A stretch of 64,000 nt of DNA from Candidatus Latescibacterota bacterium. Its GTDB lineage: Bacteria > Latescibacterota > UBA2968. The stretch covers positions 4,960,001-5,024,000 of the forward strand of contig OZ242010.1 of the NCBI GenBank assembly GCA_965204745.1, in the 5' to 3' direction. The notes below the pieces were generated by a model. It was not told where the DNA came from. It saw only the letters and a list, made by a program, of their open reading frames with translations, and did not search any database. Positions 21,657 to 30,417 of this stretch are shown here, piece after piece. How positions within the stretch are numbered: the stretch's first letter is position 1; every line of letters begins with the position of its first letter. The translations under genes were made by a program, and so were the position numbers.

Positions 21657-21784
21657 ACTGACAACTGACAACTGACAACTGACAACTGACAACTGACAAC
21701 TGACAACTGACAACTGACAACTGACAACTGACAACTGACAACTGACAACTGACAACTGACAACTGACAACTGACAACTGACAAC
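21657..21784. repeat. Perfect heptamer microsatellite (CTGACAA)n, about 18 units
   Basis: Directly visible; continues as (CTGACTA)n at 22970-22998 beyond the IS. Confidence 0.95.
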
Positions 21785-22969
21785 GGCGTTGTTGCATAAA
21801 TCGCTATTGCCTGCGAGTTGGGATTGCAAAAAGATAGGCTCCTTCGTAGATTGGGCATATTTATCACCGAAACCACTCACCCTTTCTCACTAAGGAACCT
21901 GTCATGCCCAAGATAACCGCTTCCAAGACCGCCGTCAAGTCCCCGCGTCGCCCGCGTCGCCCGCGCTGTGAGCCTGTCTATCGGGTCCGGAACTGGGCGG
22001 CCTACGAGGCCGGTCTCAAGCAACGGGGCAGTCTGACGTTTTGGATCACGCCGCAAGCTCTTCGGGGGTGGTACCATCAAGGGCCAACGCAACGGGGGAG
22101 GCAAAACACCTTTTCAGATTTGGCTATTCAAACGGCGTTGATGTTGCGCTTGGTCTATGCCTTGCCCCTGCGTCAAACCGAGGGGTTTCTCACGTCCATC
22201 CTGGCGTTGATGGGGGTGGCTTTGCGCGTGCCCGATCACACGATCCTCTGCCGGCGACAGGGCGATTTGAACGTGGATTTACCTGTCCAATCCCGTCACG
22301 CGCCGATCCACTTGGTGGTGGATTCTACCGGCCTGAAAGTGTATGGCGAAGGGGAATGGAAGGTGCGTCAACACGGCTTTTGCAAGCGCCGGACTTGGCG
22401 CAAATTGCACATCGGCGTCGATGAGGCCACCGGGGAGCTTGTCGCACAGACCCTGACCTCGGCAAGCTTTGATGACGCTTCGCAGGTCAACCCCTTGCTC
22501 GATCAAGTCCTGGCCCCTGTGATATGATGGGCGCAGATGGCGGCTATGACAAACGCAAGGGCTTCAACACATGCGCCGCCCCCAAACAAGGAGGCCCCAT
22601 CCGACCTCTTTTTCTTCCGCGCCATGACGCGAAAATTGAACAACACGGAAACAGGAAGGCGCCCCGCCTCTCCCGCGATGAAATCATCCGAGCGATCAGG
22701 CGTCAAGGCCGCCGAAAGTGGAAACGCACCCGTGGCTATCATCGCCGCTCGGTCGTTGAAACCCAACTATGCCGCTACAAGCAACTCATTGGGCGGCAGT
22801 TGCGCGCACGCAGTCAGGAGAACCAAGAAACGGAAGCGCGGTTGGGATGTGCGGTGCTCAATCGCATGATGAGGATCGCGAAACCCGTGTCCTATCCCAG
22901 AGAAAGAGGGGCTTAAATCTCGCGGGAAAGGGACGAACTTTGCCACGACAACATTTATGCAACAACGCC
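21785..22969 (+). mobile_element. IS5 family (IS903 group) element, transposase frameshifted near 22524
   Basis: TIR GGCGTTGTTGCATAAAT/ATTTATGCAACAACGCC; 9-bp flanks ACTGACAAC/ACTGACTAC (8/9); NWAAYEAGLKQRGSL, VVDSTGLKVYGEGEW, ADGGYD, GYHRRS..ET. Confidence 0.92.
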
Positions 22970-23053
22970 ACTGACTACTGACTACTGACTACTGACAACT
23001 CGGGATCATCGTCTTTGCGCGTCTAGGCTTTGTCATCGGCGTGGGCAGTACTA

Positions 23054-23242
23054 GGTTCTGTTGACATTTTGTTTTCGTGCGATGCCGCAAAATAGAGAAC
23101 GCCTCGATAACTCGTGCTACGTTTCTCAAAGCGAGAGAATATTCTACGATACGGCTTCATTTTCCCAATGAATTGCTCAATCAAATTGCGTTGCTGGTAC
23201 CGATGGCGATCATAATCACGAGGGTCTTGCGATAAGACCGGG
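23054..23242 (-). mobile_element. Degenerate terminal fragment of the IS427-group element
   Basis: CTA-GGTTCTGTTGACATTTTGTTTT plus ~190 bp similar to 16161-16360. Confidence 0.85.
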
Positions 23243-23292
23243 AGGGATTTTCACTTCAAGCCCCGCCAAAATCACGACCGCTCGTCAAAAAC

Positions 23293-23328
23293 AAAAGCCC
23301 GAGTTCCTTGCGAACCCGGGCTTTTTTT
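23293..23328. terminator. Bidirectional intrinsic terminator
   Basis: AAAAGCCCGAGTTC-CTTGC-GAACCCGGGCTTTTTTT just downstream of the LRR gene stop. Confidence 0.75.
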
Positions 23329-23346
23329 CAACATCGTTTTTACGCA

Positions 23347-26300
23347 TCAGCCTCCAGTGCCGAATTGGTCGGTGAGGATCTGGCCATCGGAAAATCCAAT
23401 TTCGCCATCGCTGTCGAGATCGTACCGCGCATCGTACTCCGCATCGCCTCGGCGCATCCCATACTTGAAAATAAAGGCTATGAAGTCGGCAAAATTAACC
23501 TGACCATCGCCATTGAAGTCGGCGGTCGGTTGTTGCACTTCAAGGGTGAACGTCAGCGAAGCGAAATCGCCATCTGCATCAAACGCCGACAAAGTGTATT
23601 CGGTCTCGGTCATCACCTTGCTCGGCGTGCCGGAGATCGTATGCGTGGCCGAGTCGAATCGCAATCCCTTCGGTAGGGTCGGCAGTAGGATATAGACTAG
23701 CGTGCCATCGCCACCGGTGGCTTCGGGCAGGGTCATGCGGACATTGCCCCCGATGATGTAGCGTTGCGCGGCAACCCGTGTCCCATCGCCAAAGGCAGGC
23801 AGTCGGTCCGCTATGACCGCGAGCGTGAACGTCAATGTCGCTACATCGCCATCTTCATCGGTTGCAGTCAATGTGTATTCGGTTGCGTCCAGTGCCTCTT
23901 GTGGGGTACCGGATAACACGCGCGTTTTTGCGTCAAAGGTCAGTCCCGAAGGCAGAGCGGGCGTCAGGGCGTAGGTCAGTGCCTCATCGCCACCGGTGGC
24001 AGTGGGCAGGGTCAGCGGCGCAATGGCCGTGCCTTGCTCATGGCGTTGTGCGGCAACCCGCGTCGCATCGCTGAAGGATGGTAGCCGATCCGCTGCGACC
24101 GCGAGCGTGAAGGTCAATGTCGTCGCATCGCCATCTGTATCGGTTGCAGTTAGCGTGTATTCGGTTTCGTCCATTATCTCGCCCGGCGTGCCAGACAGTT
24201 CCCGCGTTGTCGCGTCAAAGGTCAGTCCCGAAGGCAGAGCGGGCGTTAGGGCGTAGGTCAGTGCCTCATCGCCACCGGTGGCAGTGGGCAGGGTGATGCT
24301 GATGGCTGTCCCCGTCCGATAGCGTTGCGCGGTGACTGTTGAACCTTTGAAGGATGGCAGATGGTCTGGAGTGGGGTCGGGCGGGGCAGGGGGCGGCGAG
24401 GGCGGTCTGTCACTGGGCGTCCCCGTCACGTCCACCGAGGGTTGCCCATCGTCGGCGTCGGTCAAGGTGGCGATGACGCGCACAGTGTATTCCGTGCCTG
24501 CGGTCAGACCTGGGATTGTCGCACTCGTCTTACTGCCGTTGTCGATGACTTGCTGACGGTCAGAGGCGTACAACGCCTCCCCGGATTTCCACTGCACTTT
24601 GTAACCGGTCGCCCCGTTCACCGCATCCCATGACACGCCCAAATAGCCCTCGCCAGGCGCGACTGTCACACCCGTCACTTGCCCCGGTTCTGTCACCACT
24701 GTGACAGGCCCCGCCACCTGCGCGGCTGTCACGGTGAAGGTCACGGACTTGTCAATGTCCGCGACGTCGATAATTGCCTTAACTGTATTCGCACCCACAG
24801 CACCCAGGGTCAACCTTGTTGAAGCGCGACCATTGGCGTCTGTGGTATCGGTTGTGGTACTGAGCGACCCTCCACCCGCCGTGACCGAAAAAGTGACCGG
24901 CACCCCGGCAAAGGCAACGTAGTTCGTATCCCGCAGGCGGTCGCGGTCCAAGAAGATTGCGAATAAACCATGATCCTCGCCAAAGGCAACGTAGTTCGTA
25001 TCCCGCACTTCAACGATGAACGGATCGGACAGGCGAGAACCAGCCGTGCCGGTTTGATCATCGCCTGAGATTTTTACCAAACTGGTCAAGGTGCGGGTAT
25101 CGTAGCGTACACTAACGCCTCGGGACTGAAAGGCGGGGATATGGGTGGTGTGGGAAGGATAGCTCAAGAGATTACCCCTAATGTCCAGAAGTTCCAGGCT
25201 GGTTAAGCCCGACAGGGCCGAGATATCTGAGATACGGTTAATAAGAAGATGCAGACGTTCCAGGCTGGTGAGACCCTTAAGTGGCGAGATATCCGAGATG
25301 TCGTTTTTCCAAAGATCCAGATTTGTCAGTCTGGTTAAGCCCGACAGGGCCGAGATATCCGAGATGGTGTTGTAGGAAAGATCCAGATTTGTCAGTCTGG
25401 TTAAGCCCGACAGGGCCGAGATATCCGAGATGTTGCTGCGGAAAAGCCGTAGCTCTTTCAGTCTGGTTAAGCCCGACAGGGCCGAGATATCCGAGATGTC
25501 GTTGGCGTCAAGATCCAGATGTTCCAGGTTGGTTAAGCCCGACAGGGCCGAGATATCAGAGATACGGTTAATAAGAAGATACAGAATTTCCAGGCTGGTG
25601 AGACCCTTAAGTGGCGAGATATCCGAGATGTCGTTTTCTTTAAGATTCAGATATGTCAGGCTGGTTAAGCCCGACAGGGCCGAGATATCAGAGATGTTGT
25701 TGAGGCCAAGATACAGAAGTGTCAGGCTGGTTAAGCCCGACAGGGCCGAGATATCCGAGATACGGTTGCCGCCAAGCTCCAGAATTTCCAGTCTGGTTAA
25801 GCCCGACAGGGCCGAGATATCCGAGATGTTGTTGTCGTAAAGCTCCAGAAGTGTCAGGCTGGTTAAGCCCGACAGGGCCGAGATATCCGAGATACGGTTG
25901 TTGCCAAGATACAGCGTATCCAGGCTGATTGCATGCTCCAGCCCGGTCAAATCCCTTATGCCCCAAGTATCAACAAGGCGGGTCAGGGTCGCCATCTCAC
26001 TTGGGGTAATGATCGCACCGCTCGGTTTTTTCAGTGCGACCTCAATGGCAACACGCAATTTGGCGTCGGGGATGTTCACGCCTCGCTCAACGGTCACTGT
26101 GTAGGTTTTCGTCGTGATCCCATCTTCTGCGGCAACCACTATGGTAATAGTGTTTTCGCCCACACTGAGGGAAATGGCACTACTCGCACTGCCACTCGAT
26201 ACCGAAGTGCCGTTCACCGTGATCGTGGTGCCGTTGTGGTTGCTCGTCGGCGTGACGGTCAGGCTGATTGTGCTGTTCGCCACGGTCGCGGTGTAGGCGA

Positions 26301-26460
26301 GAGAGTCGCGGGCAAAGGCCGGATCCAGCGTCCCTGCCGAGAGCGTCAGGCCGCTCAAATCCGCATCGCTTGAAGCACTATTCTGCGCGGCGGATTCGCC
26401 ACAAACAACGAGCAGGGCGCAGAGCATAAGAACGGAGCTAAAAGGGCGGTAGGTCGTCAT
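23347..26460 (-). CDS. Secreted multidomain surface protein: cadherin-like, internalin-type LRR (~12 x 22 aa), Ig-like, FN3, three He_PIG-like repeats, dockerin/EF-hand-like tail
   Basis: Signal peptide; DLSGLTLSAGTLDPAF; NIPDAKLR cap; ISDISALSGLTxLxxLxLxxN repeats; VSWDAV..GYKVQW; LPSGLTFD; DFNGDGQVNFADF. Confidence 0.88.
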   Translation of the reverse strand: MTTYRPFSSVLMLCALLVVCGESAAQNSASSDADLSGLTLSAGTLDPAFARDSLAYTATVANSTISLTVTPTSNHNGTTITVNGTSVSSGSASSAISLSVGENTITIVVAAEDGITTKTYTVTVERGVNIPDAKLRVAIEVALKKPSGAIITPSEMATLTRLVDTWGIRDLTGLEHAISLDTLYLGNNRISDISALSGLTSLTLLELYDNNISDISALSGLTRLEILELGGNRISDISALSGLTSLTLLYLGLNNISDISALSGLTSLTYLNLKENDISDISPLKGLTSLEILYLLINRISDISALSGLTNLEHLDLDANDISDISALSGLTRLKELRLFRSNISDISALSGLTRLTNLDLSYNTISDISALSGLTRLTNLDLWKNDISDISPLKGLTSLERLHLLINRISDISALSGLTSLELLDIRGNLLSYPSHTTHIPAFQSRGVSVRYDTRTLTSLVKISGDDQTGTAGSRLSDPFIVEVRDTNYVAFGEDHGLFAIFLDRDRLRDTNYVAFAGVPVTFSVTAGGGSLSTTTDTTDANGRASTRLTLGAVGANTVKAIIDVADIDKSVTFTVTAAQVAGPVTVVTEPGQVTGVTVAPGEGYLGVSWDAVNGATGYKVQWKSGEALYASDRQQVIDNGSKTSATIPGLTAGTEYTVRVIATLTDADDGQPSVDVTGTPSDRPPSPPPAPPDPTPDHLPSFKGSTVTAQRYRTGTAISITLPTATGGDEALTYALTPALPSGLTFDATTRELSGTPGEIMDETEYTLTATDTDGDATTLTFTLAVAADRLPSFSDATRVAAQRHEQGTAIAPLTLPTATGGDEALTYALTPALPSGLTFDAKTRVLSGTPQEALDATEYTLTATDEDGDVATLTFTLAVIADRLPAFGDGTRVAAQRYIIGGNVRMTLPEATGGDGTLVYILLPTLPKGLRFDSATHTISGTPSKVMTETEYTLSAFDADGDFASLTFTLEVQQPTADFNGDGQVNFADFIAFIFKYGMRRGDAEYDARYDLDSDGEIGFSDGQILTDQFGTGG

Positions 26461-26564
26461 GGTGAACTCCTAAAGTTATACCACCAAAAAAAATAGAATC
26501 TACACGATTGCAGCGTGATTTGCGAATAATATAACACAGACAAAACAAAAAAACAAAAAAAATT

Positions 26565-26710
26565 GGTAGTACAATGTATTTCCCATCGGTCTGTCCCGTC
26601 TGTTTGTCCCGCGCCGAGCCGGTCAGTTGGTAAATCCCCGTGGGCACTTGTGCCACATCGATCTGCAAATATCCATCTCGCGCCCCCTTCGTAATCCGCG
26701 GTCACGGTAC
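26565..26710 (-). pseudogene. Possible remnant of a GWxTD-protein C-terminal domain
   Basis: Minus frame YLQIDVAQVPTGIYQLTGSARDKQTGQ resembles YVELDIGQVKAGRYRLIMTVKDHNSAQ at the end of the 4644-7007 protein; no start or RBS. Confidence 0.4.
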
Positions 26711-26861
26711 GGGGCATGGCGCCATCAGAGGATCGCACGGACAACGGATAACGGACAACGGACCGCTGACCACTTGGGCGGGGGCGGGGTTGCCTCACCT
26801 CTCCCATCTTACGTCTCACCGAAGGGGGCTGGGCGGGGTGGGAACTGACAACTGACCATCG

Positions 26862-27602
26862 CTATTTCCCCACCGATCCAAAATACACGGCAAAGTGTTC
26901 AACGCCGTCGAGTTTGAGTGCTCGGTTCAATTCGTCATCGTTAAATGCGGCACTCGTGCATGCGCGGCAATTCACGGCCATCGCGCCCAAATACAAATTC
27001 TGCCCCACATGGCCGGCATCCAAGTGGAGGTAGCGATATCCCCTATCGCCGTAACGCCAAGTCATGCGTGCGGCCACCGCTGTCCAGATCAACGTGGCGG
27101 CACTCGTTTGGATCAATTCCGGTTGCAACGTGGTACTTGCAATCCGATCCCCAATCTCCTCAGAACGCTCAATCGCGCCCAAGGCGTGTCCCAGTGCCAA
27201 ATACCGGTACAATCCCCGCTCCAAGTTCTGCACATTGTTGACCACCACATAGGTCTCAAATGCGTGGCGCGCGCCCGCTGATGGCACGGTGCGAAACGTC
27301 TCGCCCTGCGCCATCTCCTTCACGCCCTGCGTCGCCCAAAGCAAATACGCCAGTTCGTCCAAACGCAGGGGATCATCGAAAAACACCCGCTCGCTTTCGC
27401 GCTCGTCAATGGCCCGGCGCAAATCCATTTCCGCGGTCCCGATCTGATCGGGTTTGGGCAAGGCCACGGTCTCGCCCCGATACGGCAACTCGGGCATGGG
27501 CGGCGGTTCTCTGCGCGCCTGTCCGGTCGGTTGCAAATTCTTGAATTGCGTGCGCCGCATAAATTCCTGCCCTGCTTGCACGCGCCGTTTGCGCTTTGCC
27601 AT
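26862..27602 (-). CDS. SagB/ThcOx-type nitroreductase-family protein
   Basis: LAYLLWATQG, FRTVPSAGARHAFETY, GYRYLHLDAGHVGQNLYL. Confidence 0.88.
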   Translation of the reverse strand: MAKRKRRVQAGQEFMRRTQFKNLQPTGQARREPPPMPELPYRGETVALPKPDQIGTAEMDLRRAIDERESERVFFDDPLRLDELAYLLWATQGVKEMAQGETFRTVPSAGARHAFETYVVVNNVQNLERGLYRYLALGHALGAIERSEEIGDRIASTTLQPELIQTSAATLIWTAVAARMTWRYGDRGYRYLHLDAGHVGQNLYLGAMAVNCRACTSAAFNDDELNRALKLDGVEHFAVYFGSVGK

Positions 27603-27667
27603 TGAATTGCCTCCTTCGTGTAAGCCTGCCGCACGGAACTGCGAAAGACATCTCGGGCGCCTTGTAG

Positions 27668-28990
27668 CTAAAATTTCAACCTCGGGAGAATGCGCGCGGG
27701 GACGAGGCGACGATATTCATCCCAATACGCGCCGTACTTTTGCCGGCAACGCTCTTCGTCGCGCCGGGCGCGATGGACCAACAAAATCGTCAGAAAAATC
27801 ACGTAAAAATAGGGCGAGAAGTGCGAAAACAGAGCTGGCACCGTCCAAAAGAAGGCCGCCAAAATTTCCGGCGCGTAGTGAAAGTGCCGCGCCACGCCCC
27901 ACCAACCGGACGCCAACAAAACGGTCTCTTTTTCCGTGCCATCTTCCGCGCGATACTTAGCGGCAATAAGCCGCGGCTTTTTCCCCCAGATCGCGCATTC
28001 GCCGCCCGTTGCCCGGACGACCTGACGTTGTCTATCGGCAAAATAGTTGATCATCACCGCCCCCATTCCTAAGACCGCGATCCCGGCCGACCACGCCATA
28101 CCCAGATGATGCGGGTGATGCACCAAGTACAAAATGGGCGATGTATAAATCGCCGGCACCCATACCAAACACCCCCAGCAAATCATAAATCCGGCTCGGT
28201 CATGCATGATGTCAATCGAACAGAGATAACCCGTTTCCCATACAAAAAATTTTACCAAATAAGTCAGCATGACGATTAGGGCCACCACCATCGAATCGCT
28301 CAAACCGCCGAGCTCGGCCTGCTTTGCCGCAAACGACAACACGATGATCGGCCACCCCATCAAGCCAAAGCGACAATTGGTGAACATCTTGACGTCCCAG
28401 CCCAATATGCGCGGGTATAGTTCCGTTCCCCAGTAATAATCGAAAATAAAATTGCCGCTCAGCCCTCCATCCGGCCCAGAGGGAAAAAACCGACCCTTGC
28501 AGTACAGCAGCAAACAGAACGCCAAACTAAAGACATTCAACGCCCCGATAATACCCGCAAAATGGTCATAGACGATAGTCGGCGCGAACCAGTTGAACAC
28601 AAAGCCACCCAAAAGGAACGCGCCCAGCGAAATCAAAAAACACGCCACGCCATTGGCGCGGTATATCGGCACATAACCCTTCGGTGTGGTCGGCCCGCAA
28701 AAGCGCCGCCCCGGCACCAAGCGCATCAACAACAACTGCACCGCAGCAAAAGTGCCGATGATTTTCCATCCAGCCGCCGTGCCCCAGACGACCGGTTCCC
28801 ATACCGACACCAGTTCAACAAAAAAACCAACGGCGAGGACCTGCTCTGCAAAGGATGCCACCGAGCCTTGGTATTTCACATTGATCTCCCACATCAACAA
28901 GACCGTCGGGAGGCAACAAATCATCAAGAACAGCGGTGCCAGCGTATAGTGAAAAAGATGCCGTGTCTTATTTTTAAGTCGAGGATCCAT
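27668..28990 (-). CDS. Sterol reductase, ERG4/ERG24 family (7-dehydrocholesterol reductase-like)
   Basis: GNFIFDYYWGTELYPRI, IDIMHDRAGFMICWG, LLASGWWGVARHFHY, RDEERCRQKYG.YW.EY...VP..I.P; multiple TM helices. Confidence 0.88.
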   Translation of the reverse strand: MDPRLKNKTRHLFHYTLAPLFLMICCLPTVLLMWEINVKYQGSVASFAEQVLAVGFFVELVSVWEPVVWGTAAGWKIIGTFAAVQLLLMRLVPGRRFCGPTTPKGYVPIYRANGVACFLISLGAFLLGGFVFNWFAPTIVYDHFAGIIGALNVFSLAFCLLLYCKGRFFPSGPDGGLSGNFIFDYYWGTELYPRILGWDVKMFTNCRFGLMGWPIIVLSFAAKQAELGGLSDSMVVALIVMLTYLVKFFVWETGYLCSIDIMHDRAGFMICWGCLVWVPAIYTSPILYLVHHPHHLGMAWSAGIAVLGMGAVMINYFADRQRQVVRATGGECAIWGKKPRLIAAKYRAEDGTEKETVLLASGWWGVARHFHYAPEILAAFFWTVPALFSHFSPYFYVIFLTILLVHRARRDEERCRQKYGAYWDEYRRLVPARILPRLKF

Positions 28991-29099
28991 CCGTCCATCC
29001 CGTTTTCAGCGCGCCTGTCTGGTCGGCTACAAATTCTTGAATTGCGTGCGCCGCATAAATTCCTGCCCTTCCCCTCTTGTATCTTGGAAGTAAGGGTTA

Positions 29100-29300
29100 A
29101 TTAGGAGTTGCGCCCTCGTATCGAGATAAGCCATCTTGATGCCCGGCTCGGGGAAGGCCGGCCCCTCTTGAAGGCGATGACCTTGTAGGTAAGATAGGCC
29201 CCCCGACCGCCGGGTCTATGCCGAAGAGTATCTAAGCCCCTTGAGGCTGCATATACAAGACCGGTAGACTTGGCGTCAATGGTCGGGACGCGACCCCGAG
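29100..29300 (+). ncRNA. IS110 bridge RNA (ends approximate)
   Basis: Target loop CCCCTCTT [AAGG-CGATGA-CCTT] AGGTAAGA closed by GGCC/GGCC; donor loop AGAGTATCT [AGCC-CCTTGA-GGCT] ATACAAGA closed by TCTA..CCG/CGG-TAGA. Confidence 0.78.
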
Positions 29301-29344
29301 CGCGCACCAGATCCCTTACAACCCCCTCATCACAGGAGGCCCCC

Positions 29345-30352
29345 ATGTCGAAATCTCACCCCGCTTTTGCCGGCATTGATGTCAGTGCCCGCACGTTGTC
29401 CGTTGCCCTGTCCAGACCCGGACAAGCTGTCATGCAAGCGACCTTTGCCAATGATCCCCAAGCGCATAAGCGGTTGCTGAAGTGGCTCACGAAGGGCGGG
29501 CACATGGTCTCTGTGTGCCTCGAAGCGACCGGGCTTTACAGTTTGGGGGTGGCCTTGGCCTTGCATCGGCATCGCCACACAAAGGTCATGGTCGTCAATC
29601 CCAAAGCGATGAGCAAGTACGCCCAAGCCTGCATGCAACGGGCGAAGACGGATGCGAAGGATGCGTTGTTGATCCTCGACTATGCCGAGCGCATGCCTTT
29701 TGTGCCTTGGCAAGCGCCGAGCGAGCAACGGCTTCAACTGCAAGCCCTCACCAGACGCATTGACCAACTCAAGCAGGAGATCATCCGCGAACAGAGCCGC
29801 AACCACGCGCAGAGCTACCACATCCGCAGCACACGTCTCATCGCACGCGATATTCAGGTGAATATTCGACACTTCAAACGCCGGATTGCATACTTGGAAA
29901 GCCAAGCCCTCGATCTCGTTTTGCACGATGAGCCCCTCAAGCGTGCCTACCAACGCCTCTGCTCGACGCCTGGCATCGCGCAAACGAGTGCCTTGCGGCT
30001 CTTGGCCGAGTTGACCCTTTTGCCAGAGGAGATGCAACCGCCCCAGTGGGTCGCACATGCAGGCCTGGATCCCAAACCCAAACAATCCGGAACCGCCAAT
30101 CCACAAAGACGCATCTCGAAAACCGGGAATAAGTACCTCCGCCATGCCCTCTATATGCCTGCCTGGGTGGCCATCAGACACGAAGGCCATGTCAAAGCCT
30201 TCTATGACCAACTCATCGCCCGCGGCAAGAAACCTTTGCAGGCTATCGTTGCGGTGATGCGAAAGTTGCTCCATTCGATCTGGGGCATGTTGCGCCATGA
30301 CCAAGATTTTGAGGGCGAAAAATTCTATCGAATCACCCCGAAAACCCCTTGA
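29345..30352 (+). CDS. IS110 recombinase (DEDD RuvC-like + Tnp domain)
   Basis: GIDVS, LEATG, KTDAKDA, AGLDPKPKQSG, ISKTGNKYLRHALY; GGAGG RBS. Confidence 0.95.
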   Translation: MSKSHPAFAGIDVSARTLSVALSRPGQAVMQATFANDPQAHKRLLKWLTKGGHMVSVCLEATGLYSLGVALALHRHRHTKVMVVNPKAMSKYAQACMQRAKTDAKDALLILDYAERMPFVPWQAPSEQRLQLQALTRRIDQLKQEIIREQSRNHAQSYHIRSTRLIARDIQVNIRHFKRRIAYLESQALDLVLHDEPLKRAYQRLCSTPGIAQTSALRLLAELTLLPEEMQPPQWVAHAGLDPKPKQSGTANPQRRISKTGNKYLRHALYMPAWVAIRHEGHVKAFYDQLIARGKKPLQAIVAVMRKLLHSIWGMLRHDQDFEGEKFYRITPKTP

Positions 30353-30417
30353 CCTTTTAAGAGAGTATCTTACCTCTTGCCTCTTGCGTCTCACCTCTCC
30401 CGCCCCCCCTCTCCCGC

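Larger units (their letters stand above)
29075..30371 (+). mobile_element. IS110 family element (long non-coding left end, short right end, no TIR)
   Basis: TCTT core at 29075-29078 and 30368-30371; boundaries supported by guide matches in the left end. Confidence 0.85.

Noticed and set aside
21657-21784. ORFs with (CQLSVVS)n repeats
   Set aside because: Translation artefacts of a non-coding heptamer microsatellite
25170-25925. CRISPR-like pattern of constant ~39 bp plus variable ~27 bp
   Set aside because: The period is exactly 66 bp, in frame within an LRR gene; no cas genes or leader
26862-27602. RiPP (azole) biosynthetic cluster
   Set aside because: No YcaO, precursor peptide or transporter nearby; stand-alone SagB-type genes are common
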